Source: an uncultured Gammaproteobacteria bacterium (GTDB lineage Bacteria > Pseudomonadota > Gammaproteobacteria > UBA9214). From it: DNA of 64,000 nucleotides. Shown piece after piece: positions 26,494 through 37,058 of the stretch (the stretch's first letter is position 1; each line of letters starts with the position of its first letter). The stretch is from NCBI GenBank assembly GCA_963763115.1, contig CAVXNM010000027.1:70703-134702 (forward strand). Reading direction: 5' to 3'. Position numbers and translations under genes: made by a program. A model generated the notes under the pieces. That model was not told the origin of the DNA. It saw only the letters and a program-made list of their open reading frames with translations, and did not search any database.

Positions 26494-27453
26494 AAGTTCG
26501 TGTTTCAGCAGGGAGGTGTCACCCAGGTTGATCTCCATCAGCCAGCGGATCACGTCTCTGCCGTGCTCGTCCAGGTCGGCGAAGGCCATGCCCAGACGGT
26601 CGCCGTCGGCCTGCCGGATGACGACTTCGGTACTGAAATAGGAATGGTTGGCCAGCTGCACGCGCAATGTATAGTGAATGCCCGTGCGGCCCGTCCAGCC
26701 GTCCGGCAGTTCAACCAGAGCGCCGGTCAGCGACAGATCGATCAAGCGCGTCTCCCACTCTTCATCCAGTGTCGACAGCAGGGCAGGAGCGTGCAGTGAA
26801 ATGCGGGTGAAATGGCGCTGGCTCGTGGTGCCGACGCCTTTATCCGCACCGGCCTCTCCGGCATTCTGCAGCGTGTCGACGTTGTACTCGAACTCGAGTC
26901 CGCCCATGACGATTCTGTCGCCTGCATTCAGCGGATAGGCGTCCTCGCCGATGGTTACCCGGTTGACCTGAGGGAAGGCCTCGCCTTCCAGGTGTGACAG
27001 GTAATAGCCGTCTTCATGGCGGCTGATCATGGCCGCGAGCGAACCGGCACTGCCGAAGCGCGTGACCGGGCTGTCGAGATTGATGAGCCTGCCCTGGTGT
27101 TTGCCGCCCAGTATCCTGAGCGCCCCCTGCGGTGCAGGCGTGGCCGTGGTCAGCTGTACATGGGAGTGTTCATCGGAGAAGACCAGCGTGTAGGCGCCGA
27201 GAACGATGGCATCTCCGTCCTGGAGCAGGTGTTCGTGTGAGTGTCCGTGATTTATCTGCAACTCGCCGCTGTCGGCGGTCGCAGCGAGGTGATAATTCCT
27301 GCCGTCGCAGGCGATTCTGGCGTGTACCGATCGCAGGGATAAGTCGTCGATCGGGAGATCGCAGGAAGGATCGGACCCGATCAGGATGTCCCTGCCGGTC
27401 AGGATCAGGGACTTCAGTGGTTTGCTGCCGAGACTCAGTGTCAGTTTCGCCAT
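26479..27453 (-). CDS. Tandem FHA-domain protein with a C-terminal PilZ (c-di-GMP-binding) domain
   Basis: Two FHA-like segments (ILIGSDPSCDLPIDDLSLRSVHARI...; ...TRFGSAGSLAAMISRHEDGYYLSHL...). PilZ motifs 'RHFTR' (RxxxR) and 'DLSLTGA' (DxSxxG). ATG 27453 is preceded by GGTGGA. Confidence 0.75.
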   Translation of the reverse strand: MAKLTLSLGSKPLKSLILTGRDILIGSDPSCDLPIDDLSLRSVHARIACDGRNYHLAATADSGELQINHGHSHEHLLQDGDAIVLGAYTLVFSDEHSHVQLTTATPAPQGALRILGGKHQGRLINLDSPVTRFGSAGSLAAMISRHEDGYYLSHLEGEAFPQVNRVTIGEDAYPLNAGDRIVMGGLEFEYNVDTLQNAGEAGADKGVGTTSQRHFTRISLHAPALLSTLDEEWETRLIDLSLTGALVELPDGWTGRTGIHYTLRVQLANHSYFSTEVVIRQADGDRLGMAFADLDEHGRDVIRWLMEINLGDTSLLKHELSDLS

Positions 27454-27574
27454 GGCGTCCACCCTGGTGTCATTTGTTACCGCACTGATATTCCCAGACT
27501 CGAACGGCCATGTAAAGCAGGACCGTCCGGTTTATGGCTGTTTTCCGAAAGCTGGAGTATGCAGGGCGCATCGA

Positions 27575-28861
27575 TCAGGTTTTACCGGTATCGGTGTGCG
27601 ACTCCGCGAGTGCCGGATGGATGCGCACTGTCTTGACCATGTTTTCCTTGATCAGCAGGATATCGACCGGATGGCGGTCGAGCAGCACGGTGGTGCCGCC
27701 GTCCGGGATCATTTCCAGATATTCGATAATCAGTCCGTTCAGAGTCTTGGGACCATCGGTTGGCAGTGCCATGTGCAGGGCGGTATTCAGGGCGCGGATG
27801 TTGATGGATCCGTCGACCAGCCAGGTGCCGTCCTGCTGGGGCAGGATTTCGTCGAACTGCGCCGCCGGATCGGAGGTGAATTCCCCGACGATTTCCTCGA
27901 GGATGTCTTCAAGGGCGATCAGCCCCTGCATGTCACCGTATTCATCCACGACAAAGCCGATGCGGCGTTTGTTGTGCTGGAAATTAAGCAGTTGCCGGTT
28001 CAACGAGGTGTTTTCCGGGATGAAGTAGGGCTCGCGCGCGATGCGTTGAAGGGCGGCACGGTCGAGTTCACCCCGGTACAGCAACGGCAGGACATCGCGC
28101 ATGTGCAGGATGCCGATAACGTGATCGATATTCTCCCTGAACAGCGGCAGGCGGGTGTACTGGCTGCCCGAAAGCTGGGTGATGATGGCCTCCCAGTCGG
28201 CGTCCATGTCGATTCCGAAGACGTCGTGGCGCGGCACCATGATGTCCTCGACCGTGACCTTCTCGAGGTCCATGAGATTCAGCAGCATCGCCTGGTGACG
28301 CTTCGGAATCATGGCGCCGGCCTCTTTCACCACGGTACGCAGTTCCTCGGTGGACAGGGCATGGGACATCGTCGCCTCAATCGGCACGCCCAGTAGTTTG
28401 AGAACGGCGTTGGCGATGAGATTTACCAGCCACACCAGCGGATTCAGCAGCTTCATCAGCGGGATGTAGATCCAGGCCGCGGGCAGGGCAATGCGTTCGG
28501 GGTGCAACGCGGCCAGGGTTTTCGGCATGACCTCCGCGAAAATCAGGATCACCAGCGTGAGGATGCCGGCCGCGACGGCGATCCCGGACTCGCCCCAGAG
28601 TTTGAGTGCGATCAGGGTGGTGAGCATCGAGGCGAGAATGTTGACGAAGTTATTGCCGAGTAGAATCAGGCCGATCAGGCGATCGGGCCGTTCGAGCAGC
28701 CGCGCCGCGCGATGTGCGCCGGGGTGACCCTTATCCGCGAGGTGGCGCAGCTTGTAGCGGTTCAGGGTCATCAGCCCGGTTTCGGAGCCGGAGAAAAAGG
28801 CAGACAGCAGGATCAGGATAAACAGCGCAAAAAAAAGTACGCCGAGGTGGATGTCGTCCAA
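27575..28861 (-). CDS. CNNM/HlyC-CorC family transporter (DUF21 + CBS pair + CorC_HlyC)
   Basis: 'LLSAFFSGSETGLMTLNRYKLRHLA' is the DUF21 signature. CBS region 'VEDIMVPRHDV' and CorC C-terminal domain. Confidence 0.9.
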   Translation of the reverse strand: MDDIHLGVLFFALFILILLSAFFSGSETGLMTLNRYKLRHLADKGHPGAHRAARLLERPDRLIGLILLGNNFVNILASMLTTLIALKLWGESGIAVAAGILTLVILIFAEVMPKTLAALHPERIALPAAWIYIPLMKLLNPLVWLVNLIANAVLKLLGVPIEATMSHALSTEELRTVVKEAGAMIPKRHQAMLLNLMDLEKVTVEDIMVPRHDVFGIDMDADWEAIITQLSGSQYTRLPLFRENIDHVIGILHMRDVLPLLYRGELDRAALQRIAREPYFIPENTSLNRQLLNFQHNKRRIGFVVDEYGDMQGLIALEDILEEIVGEFTSDPAAQFDEILPQQDGTWLVDGSINIRALNTALHMALPTDGPKTLNGLIIEYLEMIPDGGTTVLLDRHPVDILLIKENMVKTVRIHPALAESHTDTGKT

Positions 28862-28937
28862 ACGGTGACAGTCTCTAGTAGGGTGGTAGAGCTTATAGTA
28901 CGGAAATTTAGCCGATCTGTCAGTTCGCGCGGCTGAA

Positions 28938-29747
28938 TCAGCGGTTTAGCACCAGTTCCAGCACGAACTTGCTGCCAAAATAGGCCAGCATCAGGAACAT
29001 GAATCCGCCCACGGTCCAGTTGATCGCAAGGCGGCTGCGCCAGCCATAGCGCCAGCGACCCCAGAGCAGGGTGGCGAACACCAGCCAGGCGATGATGGAC
29101 AGCACGGTCTTGTGTACCAGGTGCTGGGCAAAGATGTCCTCCAGAAACAAAATCCCCGTAACCAGCGCCAGGGTGAGCAGGGTAAACCCGATGGCGACCA
29201 TCTGGAACATCAGGGATTCCATGGTCTGCAGGGGCGGTAATGAGCGAATGAATCCGCCCGGCTGCCGGTTGTGCAGGTGGCGGTCCTGTATCGCCAGCAG
29301 CAGCGCCTGCAGCACCGCGAGTCCGAGGATGCTGTAGGCGAGCAACGAGATCAGAATATGGGCATCGAGCTGCCAGGAGCCCGACGGGGTGACAACCTCT
29401 CTTTCAGGATACAGCATCATCATCCCGATGCTCAGCGCGGCCACCGGGAACACCGGTATCCCCAGGTTTTCCACCGGCTCCTGGAACGAGGCCAGCATCA
29501 GCAGGGCCGCGGTGATGAGGAAGATCAGCGAAACCGCATTGAAGAACGCCAGATTCAGCCCGTCCGGCGTCAGGATGGTCGGATAGAGCAGGCTGGCGTG
29601 CAGCAGAACGGCGATGCCGCTGATCAGCAGGATCTGGTTTCGGTGGCAGCCGGGGCCGGAGTAACAGTGCGCGAGCCGCAGCGCGAGCAGTACGCTGGCC
29701 AGCAGGTACAGCACGATGGCGATCGATCCGGCGATGATGGTCGTCAT
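28938..29747 (-). CDS. CcsA-like / YpjD-family inner membrane protein (cytochrome c assembly family)
   Basis: 269 aa polytopic protein, divergent from ffh as E. coli ypjD is, with a Trp-rich C-terminal region 'ATLLWGRWRYGWR'. Confidence 0.75.
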   Translation of the reverse strand: MTTIIAGSIAIVLYLLASVLLALRLAHCYSGPGCHRNQILLISGIAVLLHASLLYPTILTPDGLNLAFFNAVSLIFLITAALLMLASFQEPVENLGIPVFPVAALSIGMMMLYPEREVVTPSGSWQLDAHILISLLAYSILGLAVLQALLLAIQDRHLHNRQPGGFIRSLPPLQTMESLMFQMVAIGFTLLTLALVTGILFLEDIFAQHLVHKTVLSIIAWLVFATLLWGRWRYGWRSRLAINWTVGGFMFLMLAYFGSKFVLELVLNR

Positions 29748-29913
29748 GACGAGGGTCGGGATCCCGATTTCAGGGCGTCATCATCGCACAACTCGACAGG
29801 GCATTGAAGTGAGGGTGTGTACTCGAGGGCATCGAGAGACATTTCCGTGCCGGGATTTCCTGTTCCGGTTATAATTCCCCGCCTGATTCCGCATCAACCA
29901 CGGTTACCCGTCC

Positions 29914-31281
29914 ATGTTTGACAATCTCACCGAACGGCTGTCCCGCACCATCAGGAACCTGCGCGGCCAGGGGCGGCTGACCGAGGATAACATCAAGGAG
30001 ACCCTGCGCGAGGTGCGCATGGCGCTGCTCGAGGCCGATGTGGCGCTGCCGGTGGTCAAGGATTTCATCGACCGGGTGCGCGAGCGGGCATCCGGGCAGG
30101 AAGTGCTGAAGAGCCTGACGCCGGGCCAGACGCTGGTAAAAGTCGTCAATGACGAACTGATCCGGGTCATGGGCGAGTCCAACGATGCCCTGAATCTGAA
30201 TGTGCAGCCGCCCGCGGTGATACTGATGGCCGGTCTGCAGGGTTCCGGCAAAACGACCAGCAGCGCCAAGCTGGCGCTCTGGTTGCGGGAGCGATCCAGA
30301 AAGAGCGTGCTGCTCGCCAGCTGCGATATCTATCGCCCGGCCGCCATCGATCAGCTGAAGACCCTGGCTGCTCAGGTCGAGGCCGAATTCTTTCCCAGCT
30401 ACCCCGATCAGGATCCGGTGGAGATCGCACGGGGCGCCGTCACTCAGGCCCGCAAGCAGCACATAGACGTGGTCATCATCGATACGGCCGGCCGCCTGCA
30501 CATCGATGCGGATATGATGATCGAGATCCGACGGCTGCATGAAACGCTGCAGCCGGTAGAAACCCTGTTCGTCGTCGACAGCATGACCGGCCAGGATGCC
30601 GCTGTCACGGCACGCACCTTCAATGAGGCCCTGCCGCTCACCGGGGTGATTCTCACCAAGACGGATGGCGATGCCCGCGGCGGCGCCGCCCTGTCGATCC
30701 GCGCCATTACCGGGAAACCCGTCAAATTCCTGGGCATCGGCGAAAAGATCGCGGCGCTGGAGCCGTTTCACCCGCAACGGCTTGCCTCGCGCATCCTGGG
30801 CATGGGCGATGTGCTCAGCCTGGTCGAGGAGGCCGAGCGGAAAGTCGACAAGGAGAAGGTCGCACGACTTGCCGGCAAGCTATCGAAGGGCAAGCGCTTC
30901 GATATGGATGATTTTCGCGAGCAGCTGGAACAGATGCTGAACATGGGCGGGCTGACGGGTCTGATGGACAAGCTGCCGGGCATGGGCCAGTTGCCGCAGA
31001 ATGCCAAAAGCCTGGTAAATGACCGCGAAATCCACCGCATGGTCGCGATCATCAATTCCATGACCCGGCAGGAACGCAGCTTTCCCGATGTCATCAAGGG
31101 ATCACGGCGTCGTCGCATTGCCATCGGTTCCGGTACTCAGGTGCAGGATGTCAACCGGCTGCTCAAGCAATACCTGCAGATGCGCAAAATGATGTCGAAG
31201 ATGTCGCGGGGTGGCATGGGGAAGATGCTGCGCAGCCTGAAGGGCAAGACAACCCAGGGATTTCCGTTCCAGGGTATGTGA
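29914..31281 (+). CDS. ffh: Signal recognition particle protein Ffh
   Basis: MFDNLTERLSRTIRNLRGQGRLTE, GLQGSGKTT, DTAGRLH, and a Met-rich M domain. Confidence 0.97.
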   Translation: MFDNLTERLSRTIRNLRGQGRLTEDNIKETLREVRMALLEADVALPVVKDFIDRVRERASGQEVLKSLTPGQTLVKVVNDELIRVMGESNDALNLNVQPPAVILMAGLQGSGKTTSSAKLALWLRERSRKSVLLASCDIYRPAAIDQLKTLAAQVEAEFFPSYPDQDPVEIARGAVTQARKQHIDVVIIDTAGRLHIDADMMIEIRRLHETLQPVETLFVVDSMTGQDAAVTARTFNEALPLTGVILTKTDGDARGGAALSIRAITGKPVKFLGIGEKIAALEPFHPQRLASRILGMGDVLSLVEEAERKVDKEKVARLAGKLSKGKRFDMDDFREQLEQMLNMGGLTGLMDKLPGMGQLPQNAKSLVNDREIHRMVAIINSMTRQERSFPDVIKGSRRRRIAIGSGTQVQDVNRLLKQYLQMRKMMSKMSRGGMGKMLRSLKGKTTQGFPFQGM

Positions 31282-31306
31282 AACAGGTTTCCGCGATGCA
31301 AATAAA

Positions 31307-31328
31307 AACGGTGGCCTTGGCCACCGTT
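31307..31328 (-). terminator. GC hairpin that reads as a rho-independent terminator on the minus strand (possibly bidirectional)
   Basis: 'aacggtggcc tt ggccaccgtt'. On the minus strand it is followed by 'tttttatttg'; on the plus strand no T-run follows. Confidence 0.55.
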
Positions 31329-31911
31329 GAACACTGCGCTTGATCGGCTTAAGTGTTGTCGTTAGATTTGTTCTGCAGTCTCTTTTTACAATGCCGTGCG
31401 CGAACCCGTTTATTATTTAGTGATCAGTGTCCTGGTATGTGGCACTGACATCCGGGTTGATAGCTCCCCCACCTGAATTATTGTCTGTTGCTTGTTGAAC
31501 TTGCATTGAAATAATTGCAATCCTCATGCCAAGTATAAAAATGCCATTGATTGTAGTGAGTTGCAGTTCCTGGCTTCGAGCCGTGCAGGTTGCAATGTTC
31601 AAATGAGTAAACAAATCCGACAATCGACTACCTGTATGGAGCAGGGCATACTTGCACGTAATTACACTGATTAACAATAAGATGAAAATTGTTCTTCGAA
31701 TTTATAATAAGCACATTCCCGATGTAATGAATATCGACATCCGCGTTTCGAATCTGCCTTTGTGCGTCGAGTACCGTCCGGCGCGGCAAACCCTTGCAGG
31801 CAGGTGTTCAGCACTTCACATTTACTGGCATTGGCGTAGAATTACGCGGTTTTCAGCTTGCGGCCCAATGGTTGGCGGCAGTCACGCAGACAAGACAGAG
31901 GATATACATTA

Positions 31912-32157
31912 ATGGTGACGATCAGGATGTCACGCGGCGGCGCCAAGAAGCGTCCCTTTTACCACATCGTGGTGACCGACAGCCGCAACCGGCGGGACGG
32001 GCGCTACATCGAACGTATCGGTTTTTTCAATCCGATCGCGACCGGTGGTGAAGAGAAAGTCAGAATTGATACCGAGCGTGCGGATTTCTGGTGCGCCAGG
32101 GGCGCCCAGCTCAGCGATCGTGTCGCCCAGTTATTAAAGACGCAGCGGCAGCAATAA
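31912..32157 (+). CDS. rpsP: 30S ribosomal protein S16
   Basis: [41 protein letters not shown]. Confidence 0.97.
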   Translation: MVTIRMSRGGAKKRPFYHIVVTDSRNRRDGRYIERIGFFNPIATGGEEKVRIDTERADFWCARGAQLSDRVAQLLKTQRQQ

Positions 32158-32192
32158 TTCCGTACCTGCCGGATGATTCCGTCCGGGGTGAG

Positions 32193-32729
32193 ATGGCGAC
32201 TGATAGTGACCGTCATGCGCCAGGGACCGATGACGAACCGATCATTATGGGTCGTATTGCCGGCCCGTATGGCGTCAAGGGGTGGCTGCGGGTGGTGTCC
32301 TATACCGAGCGGCCGGACAGGCTGATCGAATATGCGCCCTGGTATCTGAAGCAGGACGACACGTGGCTGCCGACCAGGGTATCCGAGGTAAAGCGCCACA
32401 CCAGGGGCTTGCTGGTGCGTTTGCCGGGCTGTGAGGACCGTGACAAGGCGGCTGAACTGTCAGGGTCGGATATCGGCATCTACAGGTCGCAGTTGCCGGC
32501 GACGGCAGCGGATGAGTACTACTGGGACGACCTCATCGGTTTGTCCGTGGTGACACTGGATGGCCTGCTGATCGGGACGGTCGATCATCTCATCGAGACG
32601 GGTGCCAATGATGTCCTCGTGGTAAGGGGTGCACGGGAACGCCTGATTCCATTCATCCAGGGAAGCGTCATAGCGCGTGTCGACCTCGATGCCGGTGTCA
32701 TACGGGTCGACTGGGATCCTGATTTCTGA
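32193..32729 (+). CDS. rimM: 16S rRNA processing protein RimM
   Basis: 'IIMGRIAGPYGVKGWLRVVSYTE' and a PRC barrel at the C-terminus. Sits in the rpsP-rimM-trmD-rplS operon. Confidence 0.93.
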   Translation: MATDSDRHAPGTDDEPIIMGRIAGPYGVKGWLRVVSYTERPDRLIEYAPWYLKQDDTWLPTRVSEVKRHTRGLLVRLPGCEDRDKAAELSGSDIGIYRSQLPATAADEYYWDDLIGLSVVTLDGLLIGTVDHLIETGANDVLVVRGARERLIPFIQGSVIARVDLDAGVIRVDWDPDF

Positions 32730-32741
32730 GCCGAGGGTAAC

Positions 32742-33494
32742 GTGCGGATCGATGTGGTTACCCTGTTTCCCGAGATGATCCGGGCGCAGACCGGTTTCGG
32801 GATCCAGGGCCGGGCAGTTGCACGGGGACTGGTTGAACTGGTGACCTGGAATCCCAGGGACTACACCCTGGACAGGCATGGTTCGGTGGACGACAAGCCC
32901 TATGGTGGCGGCCCGGGCATGGTCATGCAGGTGCAGCCGCTGCGCGCCGCCATACAGGCGGCGAAGTCGGCCGGGCCGGAAGCCCCGGTGATCTACCTGT
33001 CCCCGCAGGGTGGCAGGCTCACCCAGGACACGGCGCGCCGCCTTGCCGGACGGGAGCGCCTGATCCTTTTGGCCGGACGCTATGAAGGCATCGATGAACG
33101 GCTCATCGACCTGGAGGTGGATGAGGAGATCTCAATCGGCGACTATGTCCTGAGTGGCGGCGAACTGCCGGTGCTGGTGGTCATGGATGCCATCACGCGT
33201 CTGCTGCCTGGTACCCTGGGTGATGCGGATTCCGCCCTGGAGGATTCCTTCATGGACGGTCTGCTGGACTATCCGCATTACACGCGGCCGGAGCAGATCG
33301 AGGATCGCCAGGTGCCGGAGGTGTTGCTGAGCGGTAACCATGCCGCGATCCACCGCTGGCGTCGCAAGCAGGCGCTCGGCAGGACCCGCCTGAGACGCCC
33401 GGACCTGCTGGAATCGCTGGCGCTCGATGATCACGATCAGGCCTTGCTGAACGAGTTTTTTGAAGAGTATGACAAAGGGATCGCCGGTAGCTGA
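32742..33494 (+). CDS. trmD: tRNA (guanine37-N1)-methyltransferase TrmD
   Basis: GTG start. '[11 protein letters not shown]', '[10 protein letters not shown]', '[13 protein letters not shown]'. Confidence 0.96.
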   Translation: MRIDVVTLFPEMIRAQTGFGIQGRAVARGLVELVTWNPRDYTLDRHGSVDDKPYGGGPGMVMQVQPLRAAIQAAKSAGPEAPVIYLSPQGGRLTQDTARRLAGRERLILLAGRYEGIDERLIDLEVDEEISIGDYVLSGGELPVLVVMDAITRLLPGTLGDADSALEDSFMDGLLDYPHYTRPEQIEDRQVPEVLLSGNHAAIHRWRRKQALGRTRLRRPDLLESLALDDHDQALLNEFFEEYDKGIAGS

Positions 33495-33524
33495 CGGTCT
33501 ACGAATGCAACAGAGGATTGAGTC

Positions 33525-33869
33525 ATGAGCAATATTATCGAACAGCTTGAACAGGAACAGATGAAAACGGATATTCCGGATTTCAGTCCCGGTGATACGG
33601 TTGTCGTGCAGGTCAAGGTCAAGGAAGGCAACCGCGAGCGTCTGCAGGCCTTTGAAGGGGTGGTGATCGCCAGGCGTAACCGCGGCATGAACTCGGCGTT
33701 CACGGTACGCAAGATATCCCATGGCGAGGGTGTCGAGCGCGTCTTCCAGACGCACAGCCCGGCCATTGCCTCCATCGAGCTCAAGCGCCGTGGCGATGTA
33801 CGCCGCGCCAAGCTCTACTATCTGCGCGAGCGTTCCGGCAAATCGGCGCGCATCAAGGAGAAGCTCTGA
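33525..33869 (+). CDS. rplS: 50S ribosomal protein L19
   Basis: [48 protein letters not shown]. Confidence 0.97.
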   Translation: MSNIIEQLEQEQMKTDIPDFSPGDTVVVQVKVKEGNRERLQAFEGVVIARRNRGMNSAFTVRKISHGEGVERVFQTHSPAIASIELKRRGDVRRAKLYYLRERSGKSARIKEKL

Positions 33870-34087
33870 GGCCTGTACGGTCCTGCCTGCCGCCAGCATG
33901 CGGGCGTCCTGGCTTCAGGGCGCCCGTTTTGATTGGGGGTTGATCGGCGGCTGATGCAGGTGGACTATCGGCCGAATCTTGAAATCGCCGGGCGGTGACC
34001 CTATTTCCTGTGTCATAGCGTCGACCTGCAAGGAGAACCATCGTTACCTGTACTTCGCTGTCCACCGATGCAGTGGAAAAAAACTTA

Positions 34088-34196
34088 CCCCCCCTCTCCC
34101 TTCGGGAGAGGGCCGGAGTGAGGGAATAGCAAGCGAGAAAATCAACTGATTTTCTTTCTGCCCTCACTCTAGGCCTCTCCCTGAAGGAGAGGGGAT
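34088..34196. repeat. MITE/REP-like inverted pair, family E ('ctctcccttcgggagagggccggagtgaggg')
   Basis: Left arm 34088-34125 and inverted right arm 'ccctcactctaggcctctccctgaaggagagggg' 34161-34196. Each arm is itself a hairpin. Confidence 0.7.
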
Positions 34197-34247
34197 TCAT
34201 ACAACACCTGGATTTAGTTAGCTATCAAAGTCAGGAGATTCCATCCC

Positions 34248-36149
34248 ATGAGCGTCGAAACCCACAAGGAAACACTGGAGTTCCAGGCCGAGGTCAAGCA
34301 GCTGCTCAACCTCATGATTCACTCCCTGTACTCCAACAAGGAGATCTTTCTGCGCGAACTGGTATCCAATGGCTCGGATGCCTGCGACAAGCTGCGCTTC
34401 GAGGCCCTGGGTAATGACAGTCTGTATGCCGGCGATACCACCCAGCGCGTGCGGGTCGATTACGACAAGGACGCGAAAACGATCACCATCAGAGACAACG
34501 GCATCGGAATGACACGCGACGAGGTCGTCGACAATATTGGCACCATCGCCAAGTCCGGTACGCGGCAATTCTTCGAGTCACTGACCGGCGACCAGGCGAA
34601 GGATGCTCAACTTATCGGTCAGTTCGGCGTGGGTTTCTACTCCGCCTTCATCGTGGCCGACAAGATCACGTTGACGACACGGCGTGCCGGACTGGCGGTG
34701 GACCAGGGTGCGCGCTGGATCTCCGGCGGTGACGGACGTTACACCCTGGAGAGCTGTGAAAAGACCGAACGCGGCACCGAGGTGGTGTTGCATCTGCGCG
34801 AGGGGGAGGAGGAGTTCCTCGACGGTTTCCGCTTGCGTGCCATCATCCACAAGTATTCGGAGCATATTCCGCTGCCGATCGAGATGCGCGTCGAGGGTGA
34901 TGAGGGGCGCAAGGATGAATACGAGGTCGTCAACAAGGCCTCGGCGCTGTGGGCCCGATCCCGGACTGACATCACGGACGAGGAGTACAAGGAATTCTAC
35001 AAACACATTGCCCACGATTTCGAGGACCCGATGAAATGGGTGCATTCCCATGTGGAAGGGACGCAGACCTACACCTCGCTGTTTTATCTGCCGGCGCGGG
35101 CGCCGTTCGATCTGTATGACCGCGACAGCCGTCACGGCATCAAGCTGTATGTGCGGCGGGTGTTCATTATGGATGATGCCGAGCAGCTGATGCCGTTCTA
35201 CCTGCGTTTCGTTCGCGGCCTGGTGGATTCGGACGACCTGCCGCTGAATGTCTCGCGCGAGATCCTTCAGCACAACAAGCTGATCGACACGATCCGCGCG
35301 GCCTCGGTGAAGAAAGTCCTGGCGCTGCTGGAGGAGATGGCAAGCGACAACCCGCAGGACTATGCCGAATTCTGGAAGCAGTTCGGCAACGTCCTCAAGG
35401 AAGGTCCGGGCGAGGATCATGCCAATCGCGAGCGCATCGCGAAACTGCTGCGCTTTGCCTCCACGCACACCGACGGCGCGGAGCAAACGGTGTCGCTGGA
35501 TGATTACATCGGGCGCATGAAGGAAGGTCAGGAGAAAATCTACTACCTCACGGCCGACAATCCCGCCGCCGCGCGGAACAGTCCACACCTGCAGATTTTC
35601 CGCCGCAAGGGCATCGAGGTGCTGCTGCTCTCCGACCGGGTCGATGAGTGGCTCGTTTCGCACCTGAATGAATTCGGTGGCAAGCCGCTCGCCTCCGTCG
35701 CCAGAGGCGAACTGGATCTCGACAAGCTCGCCGACGAACAGGAGAAGGAGGCGGCCAGAAAGACCGGAGATGAGTACGCCGATGTGGTCAATCGCATGCA
35801 GGGGGCGCTCGGCGAGCGCGTCAAGGAAGTGAGGGTCAGCCAGCGTCTGACGGATTCGCCTTCCTGTGTGGTGGCTGATGAACACGACATGGCGGTACAC
35901 TTGCAACGCATGCTCAAGCAGGCCGGGCATGAGGTACCGGCGTCCCGACCGATTCTGGAGATCAATCCGGCGCATGCCCTGGTGAATCGCCTGAAGGATG
36001 AGAAGGACGAGCGGCGCTTCGCCGATTGGTCCGCACTGCTGCTGGACCAGGCCCTGCTCAGTGAGGGCGGGCAACTGGAAGATCCGGTGGCTTTCGTGAA
36101 CCGGTTGAACGATTTGCTGCAGGAAATGACAAAACAGTCAGGCGGCTGA
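34248..36149 (+). CDS. htpG: Chaperone HtpG (Hsp90)
   Basis: '[39 protein letters not shown]', '[12 protein letters not shown]', 633 aa. Confidence 0.97.
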   Translation: MSVETHKETLEFQAEVKQLLNLMIHSLYSNKEIFLRELVSNGSDACDKLRFEALGNDSLYAGDTTQRVRVDYDKDAKTITIRDNGIGMTRDEVVDNIGTIAKSGTRQFFESLTGDQAKDAQLIGQFGVGFYSAFIVADKITLTTRRAGLAVDQGARWISGGDGRYTLESCEKTERGTEVVLHLREGEEEFLDGFRLRAIIHKYSEHIPLPIEMRVEGDEGRKDEYEVVNKASALWARSRTDITDEEYKEFYKHIAHDFEDPMKWVHSHVEGTQTYTSLFYLPARAPFDLYDRDSRHGIKLYVRRVFIMDDAEQLMPFYLRFVRGLVDSDDLPLNVSREILQHNKLIDTIRAASVKKVLALLEEMASDNPQDYAEFWKQFGNVLKEGPGEDHANRERIAKLLRFASTHTDGAEQTVSLDDYIGRMKEGQEKIYYLTADNPAAARNSPHLQIFRRKGIEVLLLSDRVDEWLVSHLNEFGGKPLASVARGELDLDKLADEQEKEAARKTGDEYADVVNRMQGALGERVKEVRVSQRLTDSPSCVVADEHDMAVHLQRMLKQAGHEVPASRPILEINPAHALVNRLKDEKDERRFADWSALLLDQALLSEGGQLEDPVAFVNRLNDLLQEMTKQSGG

Positions 36150-36176
36150 GAAAACCCCCGCCAGAGGAGGGTGTTC

Positions 36177-36818
36177 ATGGGGGAAACTGCAAAACCCACC
36201 CTGCTGGCCACAGTATTCTCGGATTACATCTGTCCGTTCTGTTACGTGGGTGATGTGCGGCTCGACCGGCTGCGTGAGGACTATGAACTCAAGGTGAGCT
36301 GGTGTTTCGTGGAGATCCACCCCGAGACGCCGGCGCAGGGCATGTCGACGAGCCAGCTGGGATATTCGCAGCCAAGGTGGGAGCGAATGATGGACAACCT
36401 CGATGAACTGGCGCGGGAGGAGGGCATCGTGTTCTGTCCACGTCAGTTCACCACCAATTCACGCAAGGCTCTGCTGCTGGCCGAGGCCGCCAAGGAGAAC
36501 GGGGCCGACATCTTCTATCGCTTGCACCGGCGACTGTTCGAGTCTTTCTTTACCGGGGGCCGAAACATCGGCGACGAGGCGGTACTGCGTGACCTCGCCA
36601 ATGAGGTGGGTGTTTCACCCCAGACGGTGCAACGTGCCTGGACGGAGGATCATTACGTACAACGCCTCGAATTATACCTGGCGGCCGCGCAGCAACTGGG
36701 GGTGTGCGCTACCCCGACGATATTCTTCGGGGAGCGGCAGCGCCTGGACGGCGCCTTGCCCTGGGCCGACTTTGAGCAGGCCGCGCACGAGGGTCTCGCG
36801 GCACAGCAGTCGGGTTGA
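36177..36818 (+). CDS. DsbA-family (FrnE-like) thiol oxidoreductase
   Basis: 'VFSDYICPFCYVG' carries a CPFC motif in a DsbA-like fold. RBS GAGGAGG 6 nt before ATG 36177 (the track ORF starts at GTG 36171). Confidence 0.8.
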   Translation: MGETAKPTLLATVFSDYICPFCYVGDVRLDRLREDYELKVSWCFVEIHPETPAQGMSTSQLGYSQPRWERMMDNLDELAREEGIVFCPRQFTTNSRKALLLAEAAKENGADIFYRLHRRLFESFFTGGRNIGDEAVLRDLANEVGVSPQTVQRAWTEDHYVQRLELYLAAAQQLGVCATPTIFFGERQRLDGALPWADFEQAAHEGLAAQQSG

Positions 36819-36837
36819 AAGTGACACCGGTAATCGG

Positions 36838-37046
36838 CACTGCAGAGTCGCGGAGAACACAGAGATTTTGAAATCGCTAAAACTTGATACATCTTGATAA
36901 AAGACGGATCCAGAGACTGTGCGGGAAACTGGGTGCGTACAGACCAGCTAGTCAGCCAGGAATGTCAACCTGACGGGTAACTGTCATGAAAGCCAAAAAA
37001 CTACATTGGCAGAATTATTGTTTATATCTCTGCGACTCTGCGGTTG
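36838..37046. repeat. MITE-like element, family A
   Basis: 'cactgcagagtcgcggagaacacagaga' is inverted at 'tctctgcgactctgcggttg' (37027-37046). The right end abuts or overlaps the annotated hslR start region. Confidence 0.7.
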
Positions 37047-37058
37047 CTGTGCCTGATT

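Noticed and set aside
34141-34247. Sigma-32 heat-shock promoter upstream of htpG
   Set aside because: I could not find a convincing CTTGAA-N13-17-CCCCAT pair. The region is mostly the family E repeat.
34578-36211. Minus-strand ORFs opposite htpG (498 aa and 222 aa)
   Set aside because: They are shadow ORFs. HtpG on the plus strand is unambiguous.
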